DNA from: Mobula hypostoma
Lineage: Eukaryota
Direction: 5' to 3'
Assembly: GCF_963921235.1 (NCBI RefSeq)
Contig: NC_086097.1
Location: 21,144,001-21,208,000 of the forward strand
DNA length: 64,000 bases
Positions 61,550 to 64,000 of the stretch are shown piece after piece (position 1 is the stretch's first letter; the number at the start of each line of letters is the position of its first letter). The notes beneath the pieces were generated by a model. It was not told the DNA's origin and searched no databases. It saw nothing but the letters and a program-made list of their open reading frames with translations. Both the position numbers and the translations under genes were made by a program.

Positions 61550-62454
61550 TACCTCTTCCTAGAGATGCTGCCTGGTCTGCTGCGTTCACCAGCAACTTTG
61601 ATGTGTGTTACAGTGTTTTCTTGTATGAATTAATTTTAAAGTTTGACAAAAGTATTTTGTGTAACTCAAATACAATTAGCCCAAATAAAAGGCCTCAAAT
61701 TGGCAGTACAATCTGAGCTGTTTTTTCTCTAAATGATTCAGTAGGTAGATCTTGCCTTTCACTAAGGTCAAGGTAGGATATGTTGGGCTTGAAAAGGTTG
61801 GTGACCACTACTGTATAACATTAATGTTTGTACAAGTATCCATACTGTTCTAAGTCTATAAGGTTAAATGACTGGGTAATTTGAAATGATGCAACATCTT
61901 GCTCTGAATTAAAAACAGAAAATTTGTGCTTAAAATATTTGCTGCCATATCCCATTGGTTATGCATAAGTAGAAGCCAATGTACTTACATTTAAAGTAAT
62001 TGGCAAAAGATCAGAGGGGAGATGTGCCCTCAGGGTAGTAGGACTCTGAACCCCACTACCCATAATGGCTGCAGAAAACTTCAATGTGTTTAAAAAATAC
62101 TTCCATGTTTTGGGAGATCTGTGCACCTGGTGATGAACGATGAGATTAGCTTTGGTAACTCTTTTTTGACTGGTATGTACAAGATGAGCCAAGTGGCCTC
62201 CCCTGCCATAGCAGCAAAGTATCAAGCCCTTCCACACTCTTTGCCCAGGCTGATCACCAAGTACGTATCTATACTAATTCCATTTACCAGAACTAGGTTA
62301 AGAGCCTATGAGCATTTGGCTCATATCTTTCAGATATTTCGTTAATTTTCTGGGAGTATTTGCATGAATGCTTCCTCAGGTAGTGTCTTCTGGATTCCAA
62401 TCACCCTTTGATCCCCTTAAACCTCTTATTGCTTGCTTGTCAATTTAAACCTAT

Positions 62455-64000
62455 GTTCCTGGATTTCAGTGCTTTAAAAGGGATAGAGAGGGAGGAAAAA
62501 GGGGAGGAGGGGTGGCATTACTGGTCAGGGATACTACTACAGCTACAGAAAGGGTGGGTAATGTAGCAGGATCCTCTTTTGAGTCAATATGGGAGGAAGT
62601 CAGGAACAGGAAGGGAGCAGTTACTCTACTGGGGGTATTCTATAGGCCCCCTGGTAGCAGCAGAGATACAGAGGAGCAGATTGGGAGGCAGATTTTGGAA
62701 AGGTGCAAAAATAACAGGGTTGTTATCATGGTTGACTTTAACTTCCCTAATATTGATTGGCACCTGATTAGTTCCAAGTGTTTAGATGGGGCAGAATTCG
62801 TTAAGTGTGTCCAGGATGGATTCCTGTCACAGTATGTGGACAGGCCGACCAGGGGGAATGCCATACTAGATCTAGTACTAGGTAATGAACCGGGTCAGGT
62901 CACAGATCTCTCAGTGGGTGAGCATTTGGGGGACAGTGACCACCGCTCCCTGGCCTTTATAATTATCATGGAAAAGGATAGAATCAAAGAAGACAGGAAA
63001 ATTTTTAATTGGGGAAAGGCAAATTATGAGGCTATAAGGCTAGAACTTGCGGGTGTGAATTGGGATGATGTTTTTGCAGGGAAGTGTACTATGGACATGT
63101 AGTCGATGTTTAGCGATCTCTTGCGGGATGTTAGGGATAAATTTGTCCCAGTGAGGAAGATAAAGAATGGTAGGGTGAAGGAACCATGGGTGACAAGTGA
63201 GGTGGAAAATCTAGTCAGGAGGAAGAAGGCAGCATACATGAGGTTTAGGAAGCAAGGATCAGATGGGTCTATTGAGGAATATAGGGAAGCAAGAAAGGAG
63301 CTTAAGAAGGGGCTGAGAAGAGCAAGAAGGGGGCATGAGAAGGCCTTGGCGAGTAGGGTAAAGGGAAACCCCAAGGCATTCTTCAATTATGTTAAGAAAA
63401 AAAGGATGACAGGAGTGAAGGTAGGACTGATTAGAGATAAAGGTGGGAAGATGTGCCTGGAGGCTGTGGAAGTGAGCGAGGTCCTCAATGAATACTTCTC
63501 TTCGGTATTCATCAATGAGAGGGAACTTGATGATGGTGAGGACAATATGAGTGAGGCTGATGTTCTGGAGCATGCTGATATTAAGGGAGAGGAGGTGTTG
63601 GAGTTGTTAAAATACATTAGGACAGATAAGTCCCTGGGGCCTGACTGAATATTCCCCCAGCTGCTCCACGAGGCGAGGGAAGAGATTGTTGAGCCTCTGG
63701 CTAGGATCTTTATGTCCTTGTTGTCCACGGGAATGGTACTGGAGGATTGGAGGGAGGCGAATGTTGTTCAAAAAAGGTAGTAGGGATAGTCCGGGTAATT
63801 ATAGACCAGTGAGCCTTACGTCTGTGGTGGGTAAGCTGTTGGAAAAGATTCTTAGAGATAGGATCTATAGGCATTTAGAGAATCATGGTCTGATCAGGGA
63901 CAGTCAGCATGGCTTTGTGAAGGGCAGATCGTGTCTAACAAGCCTGATAGAGTTCTTTGAGGAGGTGACCAGGTATATAGATGAGGGTAGTGCAGTGGAT
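62455..64000 (+). mobile_element. CR1 ORF2 (EN and start of RT), running off the window
   Basis: GVFYRPP, VDFNFPNIDW, LGDSDH, KEPWVT, GNYRPVSLTSVVGK and DSQHGF, with few stops. Confidence 0.92.

Larger units (their letters stand above)
59754..61810 (+). mobile_element. hAT (Buster/Charlie group) DNA transposon, internally deleted
   Basis: 8-bp TSD ctgTAtaa at 59746-59753 and 61811-61818. TIRs taggggtcgccaacc / ggttggtgaccacta. Transposase relic at 60426-~61390: BED-like N-terminus, FSLQFDES, ITTDGAPAM and STYLCEIAFSQMK. Confidence 0.93.

Overview
This is vertebrate genomic DNA. The repeat landscape (CR1, Rex1/Babar, Penelope-like, V-SINE-like) suggests a cartilaginous fish, probably a batoid; that is inference. 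One host gene is clear. ALKBH1 lies on the minus strand, with coding exons 2-6 at 58834-58942, 53037-53199, 40621-40711, 36167-36360 and 32948-33329. All introns are GT-AG and the exons join in frame. Exon 1 was not found and probably lies beyond 64000. Most of the rest is transposon-derived: a near-intact Nimb/I-clade LINE with a 17-bp TSD, a five-level nest (CR1 > Rex1-tailed repeat > internally deleted Gypsy > RTE > solo LTR, plus a Tx1 in the other LTR), L1, Hero-like, Tc1 and hAT-Buster relics, MITEs and SINEs. The most interesting signals are three. First, minimal type-I hammerhead ribozyme motifs from Penelope-like elements, two of them as ~100-nt stand-alone insertions with TSDs. Second, a 358-nt AG-free pyrimidine tract before the last ALKBH1 exon. 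Third, the near-intact Nimb element. Boundaries of degenerate repeats are approximate, and family names come from recognising motifs, not from database searches.
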